Source: Podarcis pityusensis
Taxonomy: Eukaryota
Reading direction: 5' to 3' (one strand)
NCBI GenBank assembly: GCA_964106645.2
Contig: OZ067039.1
DNA length: 64,000 bases
Position numbers and translations under genes: made by a program. Below are positions 1 through 13,190 of the stretch, piece after piece (within the stretch, counting starts at the first letter, position 1; every line of letters begins with the position of its first letter). The notes under the pieces are model-generated. The model was not told the origin of the DNA and ran no database searches. It saw only the letters and a program-made list of their open reading frames with translations.

Positions 1-117
1 TTCTTGCAAGAAAGATGTAATCAATAAAACTCTTTGCTGCTTCACCAATTTTGCTCAGACTTTATTTCAAGGGTCTCGGGACCCAGAGTCTTGGGACTGG
101 CATTTTTATATCTCACA
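1..117 (+). mobile_element. 3' end of an LTR, truncated by the window edge
   Basis: AATAAA at 23-28 followed by U5-like sequence ending ...tctcaCA, then an abrupt switch to a different repeat type. Confidence 0.4.
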
Positions 118-758
118 CCCCACAGCCCTGGCCACCATTGGAACTAGCCCTGCCCTCCTCCCACCTGCAGCAGAGTGCCCCCCCCCCCGCTACTTCCAGT
201 TGTCTTGAACCCCTGGCTTACCTGGCAGCAAGTCAGTGTGCCAAGTCCAAAGTTCAAAGTCTGAGGGTCAATCCATACAAGTGAAGTCCAAAGGTCAGGA
301 AACGATTCAGGGTCAATCCAAGCAGCCAAGTCCAAAGACCAGCAGTCAGGATACAGTCCAGAGTCAAACCTGAACCATGGAGGTCCAGGAGCCTCCAAGT
401 CAAGGTCCCTCAACATGGGCAGTTGAGCAGACACAGCCCCTCAGCTCTGCTTCCCCTTTGTCCTTTGCATGCTTATTGGAGGATCTGGCTTGATGAGGCA
501 TGTGACCCTCACCTGTCCTGAGCCTACTCCAGCTGAGGAATCACTTCTCCTCCCAGAGCTAGTGAGCTGCACCTGGCCAGCTAGGGAGCTGGGCTCTGGG
601 CCCTTGCCTGCCTTAGCCACCCCTCCCCTGCTCCCTGTGCTTCAGAGCCCTCCATGTTCAGGGAGACAGCTTGCTCTGGTGTAGCTAGACACCCTTTGTC
701 AGCATCCTCTTCTTCCTCTTCCTCTTCCTCCAGCCCGTTGTCCTGCCAGTTCATGACA
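118..758 (-). mobile_element. Gypsy-type LTR-like fragment
   Basis: The minus strand starts TGTCATGAAC and contains reiterated TTGGACT/GGATTGACCC units typical of reptile Gypsy LTRs. Confidence 0.5.
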
Positions 759-3700
759 CCAGGCTGGACAGGGTTGGCAGTCCAACATGAGATTGACAGC
801 AAGTGTTGAGAAAAGTGACCAAACAACTGAGAATGTTAATTTGAACTTTGGGGATTTCAAAACACCAATTTCATTCTGGAAGTTAACATTTAAAATTTAA
901 CAAATGAAACCATTGTTACTATTACCGTTATTTTATTACTACTACTATAACTATTTATATACTGCCCTGCATCCAAAGATCTCAGGGTGGTTCACAAGAA
1001 CCTTAAGGCAATGTTAAATTGCTCACTCCAGTGTTTTACACCTTCACAAAAGCAAAGCAGTATCTGGAACGTGGAATGTCTGGGCTTTCCACAGCCATAT
1101 TGCTACCGCCAAAACTGCACTTCCCCAATTGCACTGGGGGGACAGACCTGGGAGTGATTTGGGGAATGGTCTCTGGGAATAATCTTGAGGTCTAAGTATA
1201 CATGGGAGGTGATTCTTTAGGTGGTCTGCATTTTCTTCATTTGATTGCTTAAATGACATATTACGTGTCGGTGATCTGCTCTCAGATCCCAGTTTCTCTA
1301 CCGCTATTGCCACATATTCCCTGATTTTGCCTAACACTATCATACTCTAAAATATTCCTTAAGGAATTTGTGTCTGATGAGTCCAGAAAAGTACCCAGCT
1401 AAGAAATAAAAGTGATGCGTAAACCACCACATAAGCCCTATACTACTACTACTTGGTGATTTCTCTATTGGCTTGGAAAATAAAATAGAACTGATGGCTG
1501 GGTGCACCTTAGTAGCTCCTGTGTGGAGATCCCAGTGTTGGCACCGGAGAACTTCGCCCAATGCTGGTTTTGTATAATGTGCCCAGTACCATGCCAGAGT
1601 GTGGTCACCCTAGTTCTGCGACACCTGGGATCAGGATGCTCAGAACATCCTCTCCCTCTTAGCTTCTTTGAAGCCAGTCTGCCACACAAAAGGAGACAGA
1701 CACGGCTGCAGAAAAAGGTGCAGCCAGGCTTGCAAAGCAGAGATTATTGCTGCCCAGGCTACCGAGCCAAGCTTTCCTTTGTTTGCTCACTGCTATCAAG
1801 TACCCTGAGTGAAAGTGCTCCAACTGAGCGGCAGTACAGGCTGACAATTTCCGTGAGACGTCCGCTAGACACTGTGCAGAGAGACGAGTGGCTCTGTCCC
1901 AAGGTGACACCGTCCGCCACACGCCCTGGGACTGTGTCAGCTTTGCCTGGAAGGAGGCTTGTGGGAGAGGCTGCTGGTGGGATCCCCAGCCTGCCGTGGT
2001 TGCTTTCGTTGGTGTCTCCTTGAGCCGACCCTGAGCATTGGTGACAGCTGAGCTTGGGAAAGTCATTCTGCTTTTTCCTTATCACCAATTGAAAAGATAA
2101 ACAAGGGGTTTTGCTTCCAGCAGCAGGCCTGCAGTGGATTGACAGTTAACGAGGAAGAAACCAGGAGGGTTTCTTTTATGCAGACATCTTTTATGCAGTG
2201 AAATTGGAGAAAGATCTCAGATGCACTGAAATTTGGCGAGGTAACAAGGGAAGGAGTGCGTGCCAAGGCAGTGGAGGACATGGCAGCTGAAGACGTGGCA
2301 GCACCAAATACAGCCTATTGCTTTTTTATTCATTTTTTACCTTGCCTTGCCATCAGCTTCAAGCAGCAAGCAGAGTGATTCTAAGCAGTTAAGTTCCGCA
2401 GAATTTAATGGGCATCACTCCCTAGCTGAGGCTGCTTGGATTACAGCCGCTGGCTCAGGGCCCATTTATGCACTGCACAGAATCAAGAGGTGAAGCTTTT
2501 CCTATACTGCCCCACCTCAGACAACAGGTGGCAAGTCATATCTGAATCCTACACATCTAATCGATTGTAGGAAACAATAATGTCAAGAAGGGTTTATTGA
2601 GCCTTTCTGCCCCACAATGCATTTTTTCCTCCGTAAAGAGAGGTGGTTCCTCACAAAAACAAAACATCTCTTTTTTACAGAGGAAAAAACTGCTTTGGAC
2701 ATGCAACCTCCTCACTTTTCCATAGAGAGCCAGAAGTGCCCAGTTCAAACAAAGCTTTCTCACTGAATATATGAAATGGGTTCAAACAAAACTTTGAGGA
2801 GTCCACGGGACTCGGGGAGCAACAAGGCTCCCTATTGTACTGGGTGAAGGGTAACACTACCACTGTTTTGGCCATGGAATGGACAAAGCCAGCAAGCTCT
2901 AAATAAAGCCCCCCTCCCCCCCATTCTTCAAGCCAGGTAGGGTTGGAACTCAAGATGCCTGAAGCCCAGATAAAGGAAAATCCATCCTGTGTCATGTTTT
3001 TTTCTGAAAAGGAAACCCCTTCTACACCTTCCTTTCTCTTCTGCACACGCAGAATGCACATACGCCTTTGCAGGACACCTCTAGGCCACTAAAATCCTTC
3101 TGTCTTTAGCAGGAGCCGACACCAGCCTTTTCACAGTAGATAAAACAATGTCCCATTAAGATAGCATGTCATCCTTCCTTTAGTTCTCCCTGGCCTCTGT
3201 AAGCAATTTAGAGACAGGGATTTCTTTGTTTTATGTGTAATTGCTGTTACCTGTAACCTGCCCTTGAGCTCTTGCAATAACGCAGGCTCTGCATCAAAAT
3301 AAAATAAAGTCCCAAGAATGTACAGTATTTTGTAGGAACATGGAACAATTAGGTAATAACAGAACATCAAGGTGTGGGCTGCTCGCTTTTGCTGTGCCAC
3401 AGGCCATGTTAGATACCCCTTGGGCCTAATTTTTAGATTCGAAGCTCTTTCAGGCAGGGACTGAATGAATTATATTACGGTACAGTACCCAGCACAACAG
3501 AGCTCAGGCTAAATGTGGCCTTCAATTAAAATTAAAACAGCAGCCGAGAGGGGATTGATCATAGGACAAGCAGGGGAGCCACACCATTGATACCACAGCC
3601 TCACAGACCTGCTATGTGTGCGTGTAACTCAGGGTAGCAATTGGCAGCCTATAGACCCCATTTGATACCTGCCTTGATTTTTCCTTTCCTATGCCAGCTT

Positions 3701-4159
3701 GGAAATCTACCCCAAAGCACTTTGGCCAGGGATAATCCAGCCTGCCAGATTTAAGAAGTTGGCCATTTCGGATTTAATTTAATCTAATATCTTAGGACAA
3801 AAACCCAATTTTTGTCCTCTTTTTCTCTCCTCTTTTATATTTATTGATCTGTGCTCAAGTTATGGTACCTGCTTGTGTAGAACGTAAGCCGAAGACAGGC
3901 TAATCTTGTCCATCACACTCATATTCTGTCAGTGGTATGAAGTTAGTGCAAAAGAGGGCAGGCTATAACCAAAGCTACACACACCTCTAAAGAACCATTG
4001 TTTTTAATGGCAGAAGCACACCTTTATATCTCTCTCACTCATATAACAGGTCTTAAAAATGCTCAGCTTTGGCTGGACTACTCACCAAGTTTTTGACGTA
4101 TGCAATAAGATGCCTCATACTGACCAGTGGGCTTTTTTATGGACACATAGGTTGTGAAG

Positions 4160-4251
4160 TAATAAAATAAAACAATAATAAAAAGGATTCCCAAACAGCA
4201 GAGGATTGCAGATTATAAAAACATAATAAATATATTTCATTTTCTTTTATA
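4160..4251 (-). terminator. Candidate UIMC1 polyadenylation region (variant hexamers plus U-rich downstream element)
   Basis: Minus-strand TATAAA (4251-4246) and AATGAA (4241-4236) lie about 210 nt after the stop, followed by U-rich tracts at about 4185-4160. Confidence 0.35.
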
Positions 4252-4456
4252 ATTGAAAAGCAAGGTTGAAGAGGCATCTATAAAGTACACAACCAATTCA
4301 ATACATGACAAATCCTGTATGGTTCATACAATATGTACAGAAGAGGGATGTCTGAAGCTGGTAGAGAAGTTGCGCTCTTCCTGCCAGACAAAGTCAGTGG
4401 AATGGAAAAGCTTGCTTCCTATTCCGTTTCCAGGCCCTTTTTCCATTGTGCAATGC

Positions 4457-4670
4457 TCAGTATTTCTTCCTGCTCCTGAGGCTGGCTTTGGCTTGTTTCT
4501 GACTGCCAGAGCCAATGGCAAGCTGTTTTTTGAAGTCCACTAGGCAGTCTTTGGCTTCAGAAATGGAGGTGAAAGATTTAATTGGAGAGTCACTACAACC
4601 TGCTTGGGGATAGGTGCTCTGGACATTGTGGCTGCACTCTGCTTTCTTGCCCACCTCTGCCAAGCTGCAC
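4457..4670 (-). CDS. UIMC1: UIMC1 terminal coding exon ending ...SDSPIKSFTSISEAKDCLVDFKKQL...RSRKKY*
   Basis: Matches human ESPVKSFVSISEATDCLVDFKKQV. Acceptor ccctcctatcag, TGA at 4459-4457. Confidence 0.96.
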
Positions 4671-4784
4671 CTGATAGGAGGGAAATACAAAAGAAAACAA
4701 AATGTAAAACCAGACAGCTAGTCTTACAACATGAGTCTGTAAGCCATAGTCTTACAAATGCAACTCTTCCAACTTCCTCCTCTT

Positions 4785-5290
4785 TATTTATTTAATGCAT
4801 TTTACCCTGCCTTTTGGTCCCCTTCAAGGTGGCTCACAACCTAAGTTAAAAAGTCCTACAAAACACATGCAGTAATAAAGATAAAAAGAGAAGAGAAAGA
4901 ATATTGCACAAAATAGAGCAAACATATAAAACAATGGGGAGGAAGAGGAATTGTACTAAAGGCACAGTTGAACAAAAAAGTCTCAGCAACTTGTCTAATC
5001 ACCAATAATGAAAGCCCACTGGGACACCCTGGAGGAGGAAGCCTCAGACTCTGGGCACCAATGCAGAGAAGGCCCTGTCTATGTCAATTTGACCTGCAAT
5101 GACAACAGGGTGCAGAGCAAGCTTCCCATTATTAATGCAGCAAGCAGGGCAAGGTCATGTAAGAGAAGGTGATTCTTCAAATATTCTAGTACCGTTTAGG
5201 GCTTTTTAGGCAATCAGTAGCACCATAACCTGTGCCCCTATGCATACTGGCAACCAATGAAGAAGATATAAAATGAGAACTCTGCTGTCT
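4785..5290 (-). mobile_element. Degraded L2-clade LINE 3' fragment
   Basis: (TAAA)n-like tail and L2-like 3' motifs (gagaaggccctg, tttagggcttt...agcacc). Boundaries approximate. Confidence 0.5.
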
Positions 5291-5544
5291 AATGTAGTCA
5301 ACACCTCCTAGTGTTGAACTCAGAGTTATTTCCTTCCTGCCTGCACTCAAAGGTATTTCCTTCTTACTCAGAAGTGGCTGAGTTCCTTGTCCATCAACGG
5401 CAGAAACTAATGTTACATACAGTCAACTTTCCACCTTACTAAAGCCTTTCCTTTGGCTTTGCTGATAGCACGGTGCTCAAAACCTGCACTAAGGTGGTCA
5501 TACTTTTGCTACGGCAGGTGAAAGACCCTGTGGCACTGGCTCAC

Positions 5545-5587
5545 CTTGAGTCGTCTTCTCCAGATAGTGCGGCAGCCTCCTCTGCAT
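5545..5587 (-). CDS. UIMC1: UIMC1 small penultimate exon (D)AEEAAALSGEDDS(R)
   Basis: Acceptor ctctcatttcag, donor gtgagc. 43 bp, phase 1 to 2, exactly bridging the flanking exons. Confidence 0.85.
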
Positions 5588-6004
5588 CTGAAATGAGAGT
5601 GCATCACAGGATCTTAATCCCACCAGCAGTGGTCCAAAATTCCAAGTCATAGGAAGTGCAAGTTCCATTTTATTTTGCACTAGTGACTGCTTAGAAGCCA
5701 TTATGGCAAGTATGAAGCTTAAATACAGAAATACATAAAACCTCATCTGGAGTATTAGTTGTCCAGTCTGAGCATTACTCTTTGAGAAGGATTTTGGAGA
5801 CAAATGAGAACAGGTTCAGAGGAGATCAATAAAGATGGTCAGTGGTGTGGAAACAAGGCCTGTGAGGAAATGCTGAAGAAACGAATGCTGTCCTGACCCC
5901 TGTACTCCTGTTTAGAACCCCATTGTGAAAGAAGTAGTCATTTTTCTGTGAAGGAGGGGAGAAGAACTTCAGTTTTGTTGGGGGGGTTGTCTTTTATCAT
6001 GAAG

Positions 6005-6140
6005 TAGCCTTCCTCAATCTGATATCCTCCACATGTTTTGGACTAGTATTCCCATCATCCTTGACCCTTGGCCCCAGCCAGCACAGACAATAGTCAGGGA
6101 TGATGGGAATGGTAGTGGGCACAATTTTGATGAAGGGTGC
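6005..6140. mobile_element. Degraded palindromic hAT-type MITE
   Basis: The ttcccatcatcc...gggatgatgggaa inverted core is the same as in the MITE at 40642. Confidence 0.55.
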
Positions 6141-6170
6141 CTTAAGGGTTCATAATGTTACAAGGTGACT

Positions 6171-6171
<1 letters not shown>

Positions 6172-6209
<38 letters not shown>
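6172..6209. repeat. (GT)n microsatellite
   Basis: Direct observation. Confidence 0.95.
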
Positions 6210-6210
<1 letters not shown>

Positions 6211-7282
6211 CTTGTTTAAACAATCATTGTTCCCTGGAGGCCTTTCTACCCCTCCTCAAAGACAACTGGTCAAATTAAAAAGGGGCAAATATACAGACAT
6301 GACCTTAAAAGGAACCGGGTATATTTAGCCTGGAGAAGGTTGAGGAGAGACGCAGTAGCACACTTCAAATACCCAAAGGGTTGTCACACAGAAGAGGGCA
6401 AAGCTTTGTTCACTGTTTCCCCATTGGGCAAGAGAAGATCTAATAGGTTTAAGATTAAGGAGTGTAGAACTCAGCTGAATGTTTGGGGAAGCATCCTGGC
6501 AGCAAGAGCAGCTCGACAGTGGGACAGATTACCTAGAGGGATGGTGGGCTCTTCCCCTTGCTAGAGGTCTTCAAGCAGAGATCTAAAATGTCCACCTATT
6601 GATGATGCTCCAGTTCTGTATCATGTGCACTGAGCAGGGGGGTGGACTGGAAGGCGTAGAAAACCCCTCAAAACCTACAGCTCTGTAATCATGGCTGGCC
6701 ACTCTTTCAAGACAACATTCATTCCAATGAGAAGCTGCATCCCTTGGAAAACACTGCTCAGCCAAACTGGATTTGGCAGAGGAGGGGGAACTATACCTTT
6801 TCTGGTGTTGCAATCTTGGAAGGAGCCCCATGGCAACAGATGGAGCTTTAAAAATGATTTTGTTTTAGACTTCTATCACCTGAACCTACGCCTTTTACAG
6901 AGACAAACTAAAACCAAATGTTAGCAGAAAAACTGGTAATGAAAAGATTTTTTAAAATATAGCTGAATAATTACTATGCAGGGGAAAGGAGGCAGATGCA
7001 TTTCTGCTGCCTTGTTTCAAAAGAGACCTCTCACAAAGCTTCTGGGGATGTTCCTTCAAGAATCAAGACACCCAGTAATGACCTTTCCCCTCATTATGGC
7101 CAAACAGCTCTGCTAAGAGCAACAAAATTGTGGTGCGCAAAGGCCTGGGTCTTTCTTCAGAAAAAACATGCATGTGGGGGAGAAAAGCAGCAACCAAGGC
7201 TGAGCTATGCTCTATAGACAGAAGGCAATCATGTGCTTATGCTATGTTAGGGAGCAACGGTAGAATCACTATATCAGCAATA

Positions 7283-7620
7283 AGGCAAAGGTCTGGTGAA
7301 TCTCAGGCCTGGGGGCCAAATGCAGACCTCCAGACATATCTATTTGGCTCATATCTCTCGCCAGCCCTGCTCCATGCCCTCCTTAAGTGCTTTTGCCTGG
7401 CTGGAATGTGCCCAGGAATGAACTGCAATGGCTGCTCTTCTTTGCTTGAATGGTAGATGGAGAGAAGTGCATGGGTGGCAGGTTAGAAACCTCTGGTGAT
7501 GTAGTCTACTGTACAAAGAATCTAATGCTCTACCCATTTTTGCCTCTAGTCCTGCCCACCACTAGCATGTGACCCATGAAGGGATGTAGCCCTCCAGCTG
7601 AACAAGGTCTCCCACCCATG
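7283..7620. mobile_element. Degraded hAT-like MITE next to the exon at 7646
   Basis: Left-end motif aggcctgggggccaaatgcagacc and right-end motif gccctccagctgaacaaggtctcccaccc. Resembles 45280-45627. Confidence 0.45.
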
Positions 7621-7645
7621 CAATGAAGTGTGTTGCCTCTCCTAC

Positions 7646-7709
7646 CTGAAGCCTTGTGTTCGGATTGCTCCAGCATGCTCAAGAGGTGGCCTTCCATTCT
7701 TCCCTTTTC
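7646..7709 (-). CDS. UIMC1: UIMC1 exon EKGRMEGHLLSMLEQSEHKAS(D)
   Basis: Matches human EKGHSEGRLLSFLEQSEHKTSD. Acceptor tttgccacag, donor gtagga, 64 bp, phase 0 to 1. Confidence 0.96.
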
Positions 7710-10700
7710 CTGTGGCAAAGTAAGAAAACATCCTCATTAGGTCCTGCACGAACAGAGCTCCTAAGGCAGAACATTTCCTGCTATGTATTCTGGACAGAGG
7801 CAAAAAGGCATTGGGAGAATGTCACAAAGAAGACTACCTGAGTAGAAGGCACTTGGCAATGTAACACTGGTTTCAAAAGTATGTCAATCTGGAACACAAA
7901 ACATTTTGGAAACTGTACCTTATTTCAAAACTTGCACATCTCCTGTGGCTCAGGATCCGTGGTCTGGCTTTGCCAGAGAATGGGAAAAAAGGGTTGGGTC
8001 TCATAGAAATCTGGTGTGTAAAAGTAGGGGGGGGAGGAGCAATGAACAATTTGCAAGCGAGCTGAGCAAAGAAGGCCATCCCTTTGATCACTACCTTTCC
8101 CATTTTATCTTCTATTTTTTTTAGTAGATATTGGCACAGTGTTTTCAGGCACTTCTTTGCAACCCTAATGTTCAGGAACATGTGTTGTTGTTTTTAAGAC
8201 ATCCTGTTTGTAGGTGCACTAAATCGGATAAGCAGAGAATGCTCTACTGGAGGTGTGCCATAAGGATCAACAGGCAAAGGCTCCAAGTCTAGCCTTTGCA
8301 AATAATCTTGTCCCTTGTTTTATCAACTTTTGTATTTCATTCTGTAGACTGAGGATAACCTCAACCTCTTGTCTAAATGAAGCACCATTTTGACATATTC
8401 TCACTGAAGATGTCTAAAATATGCACAAATCAAGCCAGGTAAAGAAGTTCCATGAGCCGAGATGAAAGGAAAAACAGAGAAATGATTATTTGCCCAGATC
8501 TTCCAAGTTTTTAACAGCTTGTGGGGAGAGAGATGACATCTTCTAGGCTTTAACACTCTAGCTGCAAACTACTTATTAAGTTTAGCAGGGCTAGGTAGAG
8601 AGGCAGGACTCCACAATCAAGGTGAGACCTCTATGCAAAATCCCTGCAACAACCTTAGACATTACTAATTCTAAAGGGATGGAAGAGAACATGATCAGGT
8701 TACTGAAAGGAGCTGCAATCTGTTTTGGACCCACTGGCCTCCTGTGACACCCTTTGCTATGCAGATGAAACTTCCCTAAATGTCTCTGTCACTTCAAAAT
8801 GTTAATTGCCATGGAAGTCATCCCAGTTTATCTGTCCATTTTCCTCTCTACCAACGAAATCCCCTGTCTGCCCATCCCAGCAGCAGCATACAAATCAAAA
8901 GCCAAAGATGGATGGGAGCATCTAGCAGTGGCCAAAAATGTATATTTGGCTGTAACAAAAGAAGGGCTTAGTAAAACAGATTTGGTGAGAGGTTCACAAA
9001 AAAGTCACTAAAGATTAGAAAGAATTTGGGGATTTATCATCTGGATTACATGCTATGGCAAACATAATTAACATGAAACAGACATACACACACATCCCAT
9101 GATGGTATGCCAGGAAGTAACAAACAAGAACCGTGTTGTTATGTTAGAACTGGGATGAGATGTAATGAGAGGTCCCTGTCTATCACAAAAATATAAAATC
9201 ACCAGGCCCAGCAAAGGGAATGATGGTAAAGAAATGCTAAGTGTAGTGATGTTGAATCCTACATTTTAGATTATTAGCTGTGCTGGGGGAGTAAGAAGGC
9301 AGAGGGGTTGTAGGATTGCTGCTTTTGGTGGTAGCTGTAGGACATCTAGTTTCAGTCTAGGAATCAAATGGAGACCAGAAACTGCATTCTGATTCTGTTA
9401 TGCTGTGCATCTGTTGGCTAACTAAATACAATCCACCATTAATCAAACTCTTCTAGTTTATTTTAATTGCTCATCAAGTTCTATGTGGTAATCAGGTAGA
9501 ATACTAAAGTAAATTTGTCAACTTTGAAGATTCCAGATTCTTTAGAGATTATGATTCTTTCTTTTAAAAAAAAACTCAGAAAAATCTTATGTACATCAAA
9601 AAATTCTGGGCAGGCATTCCTCTAGCTCCCCAAGGAATACAGACAGGGCGGGGGGGGGGGGGGAGAGAGAGAGCGAGAGGGAGGGAGAGCGAGCCTCAGG
9701 AGAAGCACACTTTCAGTTCAGAACATGCAATGCCCAGGTCACGTGAGAGCATGTGGAAGCTCCTTTGTGCAGGTACTGAGGAACAAGGGAGAGGACCTAG
9801 ACCCGGAACGCCAAAGGGGTGTGTAATGCCTCCTGTTTTAGTATAAGACAGGCTCTGTCCACATCGGAAAAAAGAGATTTGAAGTCAGTGGCATTAACAG
9901 AGGCCTCCCACAGTGCTGGAAACTGCATAACGCTTGGCTGTGTCCCAGCCAAACTCATCAACAGGCAATCTCGTCATTTGCATGCGAATCCCCGAGGGCC
10001 TGGGGTATGTGATGGATTTAAGGGATTAGACAAAACTGAGACATCATGTTGCATCTTCCTGCTGAGAAATCACATTGCCTTAGCACTTGCGCTGCTGCCA
10101 TGGATTACAACCTCCCTGTCAGAAATAAATCAGCAAGGAGGCTGAACGCAGACCTCTACCGCAAACAAGATGGGCAGTGCGCACAAGGTAGCAGGCAAGT
10201 GCATCAGAGGGTGCCAGGGCACCAGGATGCTGATCCTTATTTCATATGCCGGAGGTTAAATGTCCACAAGGCATTAGCTGGAGGAACATCAGTGACCAAT
10301 GCGAAGGGAAAGGGCCAGCTAAATTATCATATGGTAAACAGACCAGGTTTAATAGTGTTTTGACAAAATAATTATATACCCAGTTTGTCATTACTTAAAG
10401 ATGATAGTATAATTGAAAACTAAGGGCTGCAGCAAACTGGGGCCCAGTGAATGATTCAGGAAAAGTGGCCTGTCAAAAATATCTGAATGTCTGCATTCCA
10501 GTTAATACTGGGAACACCCATAAATTTTAGTTAACTATGGTTTGCACCTATGTAGCGTAGGCTTCGTGGCAAAGGGGTTCTCTGTAACACATACTCTGCG
10601 CTCGGGGGGGGGGCACAGTTACCTTTTGAAAGAACAGGATACTCCTGAGAAACAAGCTCTAAGAGGTACAGATGTGTAGTATAGACCAGTGTCTCTTTTT

Positions 10701-10735
10701 GCCAAGGGAGAAGTATAAAGAGTTTGGAACCATGT

Positions 10736-10742
<7 letters not shown>

Positions 10743-10785
<43 letters not shown>
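10743..10785. repeat. (TC)n microsatellite
   Basis: Direct observation. Confidence 0.95.
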
Positions 10786-10787
<2 letters not shown>

Positions 10788-10862
10788 AAAAGAATATGGC
10801 ACTCTAATGCACACTCTTCTAAAGAATGTCAACTCAGACTCTTTCATGATGCCTGCAGACTT

Positions 10863-10908
10863 AATGTGAATGAGGCATAATGTGAATGAACAGGCATAAT
10901 GTGAATGA
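10863..10908. repeat. Short tandem repeat, three copies of aatgtgaatga with aggcat linkers
   Basis: Direct observation. Confidence 0.85.
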
Positions 10909-13049
10909 GAGCTTGCCAGTGTCAATACCTTTATTCTATGTTTTTGCCTGTGAATTTGGTTTTAAATGTGTCATGCCTGAATACTGCAATGTAGTACTTT
11001 TAAATGTACAAATGTTCCTGAAAGCAAATATGTAAGTCACTTTGGTTTGCCCTGGGCAAGACAAAGTGAGACAAGTAAGTGTAACAAATTTAATAAACGA
11101 TGGTGGTAATGATGATGGTAAACTATTTTTGCAACTGCCCCTTCATGGCCTTTGGTGTGCATGGCATGGCATGATATGGAAGCATTATGAGTTCCTGGAT
11201 CATATGTGAAAGATGCTCCCCCAATTCTCATTGATAGGTTCTGCAATCTGGGGAAAAGCCTGCCCTTTCTCCTCAAGGTCCCAACTTTGGGCTAGATCAA
11301 AACATATTTGCATTTGCTGTCTGTGGCACTGCAGGAAACAATGTATTCTTCTATTGTGCTGTCTACAAAAGGAAAGGCCATAAATGTTCATAACAGACAG
11401 CAGCACAGAAATGATAACAGCATGCATTTTCACAATGTAGCTATGGTGCAGCTGAAACAACAAAATATACAAATTGCAGAGGAACATGCAGGTAGAGAAA
11501 CATATAACAAGAACTCAAAAAGAGAGAGCTGTCTATTTGGGGACTGAAGGACAGCAAGGCATGCCTCTTATGGATATTCAGGGATAATCAGGGATTTGGA
11601 ATCAATTTTGACTTAGCAAAATCCATTCTTTTGGGATGAGACAAATATGTTGCTCCAGCATTCAACTTGCTGGTGTGGCACACAACTTCAGAAGCGGAAG
11701 CAAGTACATTGGTTGTGGGAGATGCAAAGGCGGAGATGGAAACTTATTCCTGAAACAGACATTGTTTTGTTCTAGCTTAGCAGTGAAAATCCCAGCACGC
11801 ACCACTGAGAAATGGAAGAATTTTGGTGCTAGGAAAGGAGATAAAGACTTCCTGCTCCTGAGAGACAAGTAGGGGTCCTTGAGGCCCTCCCTTATCAACT
11901 TCTGCAAAACTACTAGAGAAGGGTTGTGGGCTGGGGACCAATATTGGGCCTCAGCCCTTCAGCTTGCCCCTTGGTCATGCAGTGACCTTTCGATTGGCAG
12001 GACAGCAGCAGCAGCAGCTCCACACATGTGTGGTGCATAGGAACTGGTCAGAGAACGAGGCTGGAACATGGAGAACCGGAAGGGAAGAATGGAAAGAGGA
12101 GAAATGGACCACATGGCTGGCTGAGCATGAGGGAAGGAAGAGAAAGAATGGAAAGGAGGGAGATGACAGGGAGAGATGGGCCGAGGGACTGGGAAAGGGG
12201 ACGCTTTACAGACAAGCTCCAATCTCCCTTCCCAACTGGTCACCAGCTGAGCCAGGAAGCCTCTCCTCCCTCCTCAGAAGGGAAAGGGCAAGAACAGGAA
12301 GGAAACTAGAAAGATATAAAAAAAAATTCAAGTAATAATATGTGACTAAAGAGAGGGAAGCTGTTACAGGTGGTGGAGAAGGAGGATTGCTGAAAGCTGG
12401 CAGTATGGGGGTGGGAACAGGATACAAGCTAACTGTGGAAGGAGAAGGGTAGAAGACATGACAGAGATTGATAAAAAATATTTGGAGAGACTTGGGGAGG
12501 TGGAGGCGGGGGAAAAGGGAACTATGAAATAAAAATACACTTATGGAACTGTAGGAAGAATTTTTTTCTAAAACTGGATGGCAGGGATGAGTCCAGACGC
12601 CTCCAGAGCGAACCCTGTATTTAGCTTGAGGAAACCTGACCTATGGAACTCCTTGCACAAGGAAATTGCTGTGATAATGAATCCAACGATTTACAGAAGA
12701 GGGGACGTCAATAGAAAATTGTGCCAGTTTACTGTTGGCTGATTATGCCAATCACCACTGTCATTTCATCACTGGCTTTGCCCACACACTGCCACTTTGT
12801 GACTGGCGGGTGTCAGTAAATGTTAACCTTCTCAAGTGGGCTCAGGGGGGAGAAAGTTTCAGAGCCCCTGTACTACGCAGAACAATGTATATACTTTGTA
12901 AGCAAATCTTCATCATCTCAGGGGAAAGTGGTGATCTGAGAGTCACAGATTTTACCCATTTTCCACATCCACAAGGACTAGAAAGATACTTAGCATGCAG
13001 TGCCAAGTCAAAAACAGGAGGGGGCCAGGAGAATCGAGACTTCTCATCC

Positions 13050-13190
13050 CATTCCAAGAATTCAGGGTGAATTACAACACAGTCTAATCTCAGGTGCACA
13101 ATCCTGCAAGAAAGATTAGGCTGAAGAGACAACTTGCTAAAGGGCATTCACAGAGGCTCACGGCTGAGCAGGGATTTGAACCTCTCTACA
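13050..13190 (-). mobile_element. Degraded CORE/MIR-like SINE fragment
   Basis: ggctgagcagggatttgaacc (B-box on the minus strand) and a CORE-like ttgctaaagg motif. Confidence 0.4.

Larger units (their letters stand above)
5795..6690 (+). mobile_element. CR1 LINE 3' fragment interrupted by about 420 bp of inserted sequence
   Basis: 5805-5885 gives VQRR..KM.SG.ET-like sequence. It resumes at about 6305 as GIFSLEK.LR.D...FKY.KGCHTEEG..LF...RSN.FK.KE.R...QWDRLPR. Confidence 0.8.

Noticed and set aside
1040-3400. Overlapping ORFs (e.g. 1502-2023, 1659-2066) as possible HK3 or a novel gene downstream of UIMC1
   Set aside because: No hexokinase or other recognisable motif and no convincing exon chain. 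HK3 is expected here only by mammalian synteny.
11959-12430. Cluster of ORFs in a GA-rich tract
   Set aside because: Compositional artefact of purine-rich sequence lacking stop codons.
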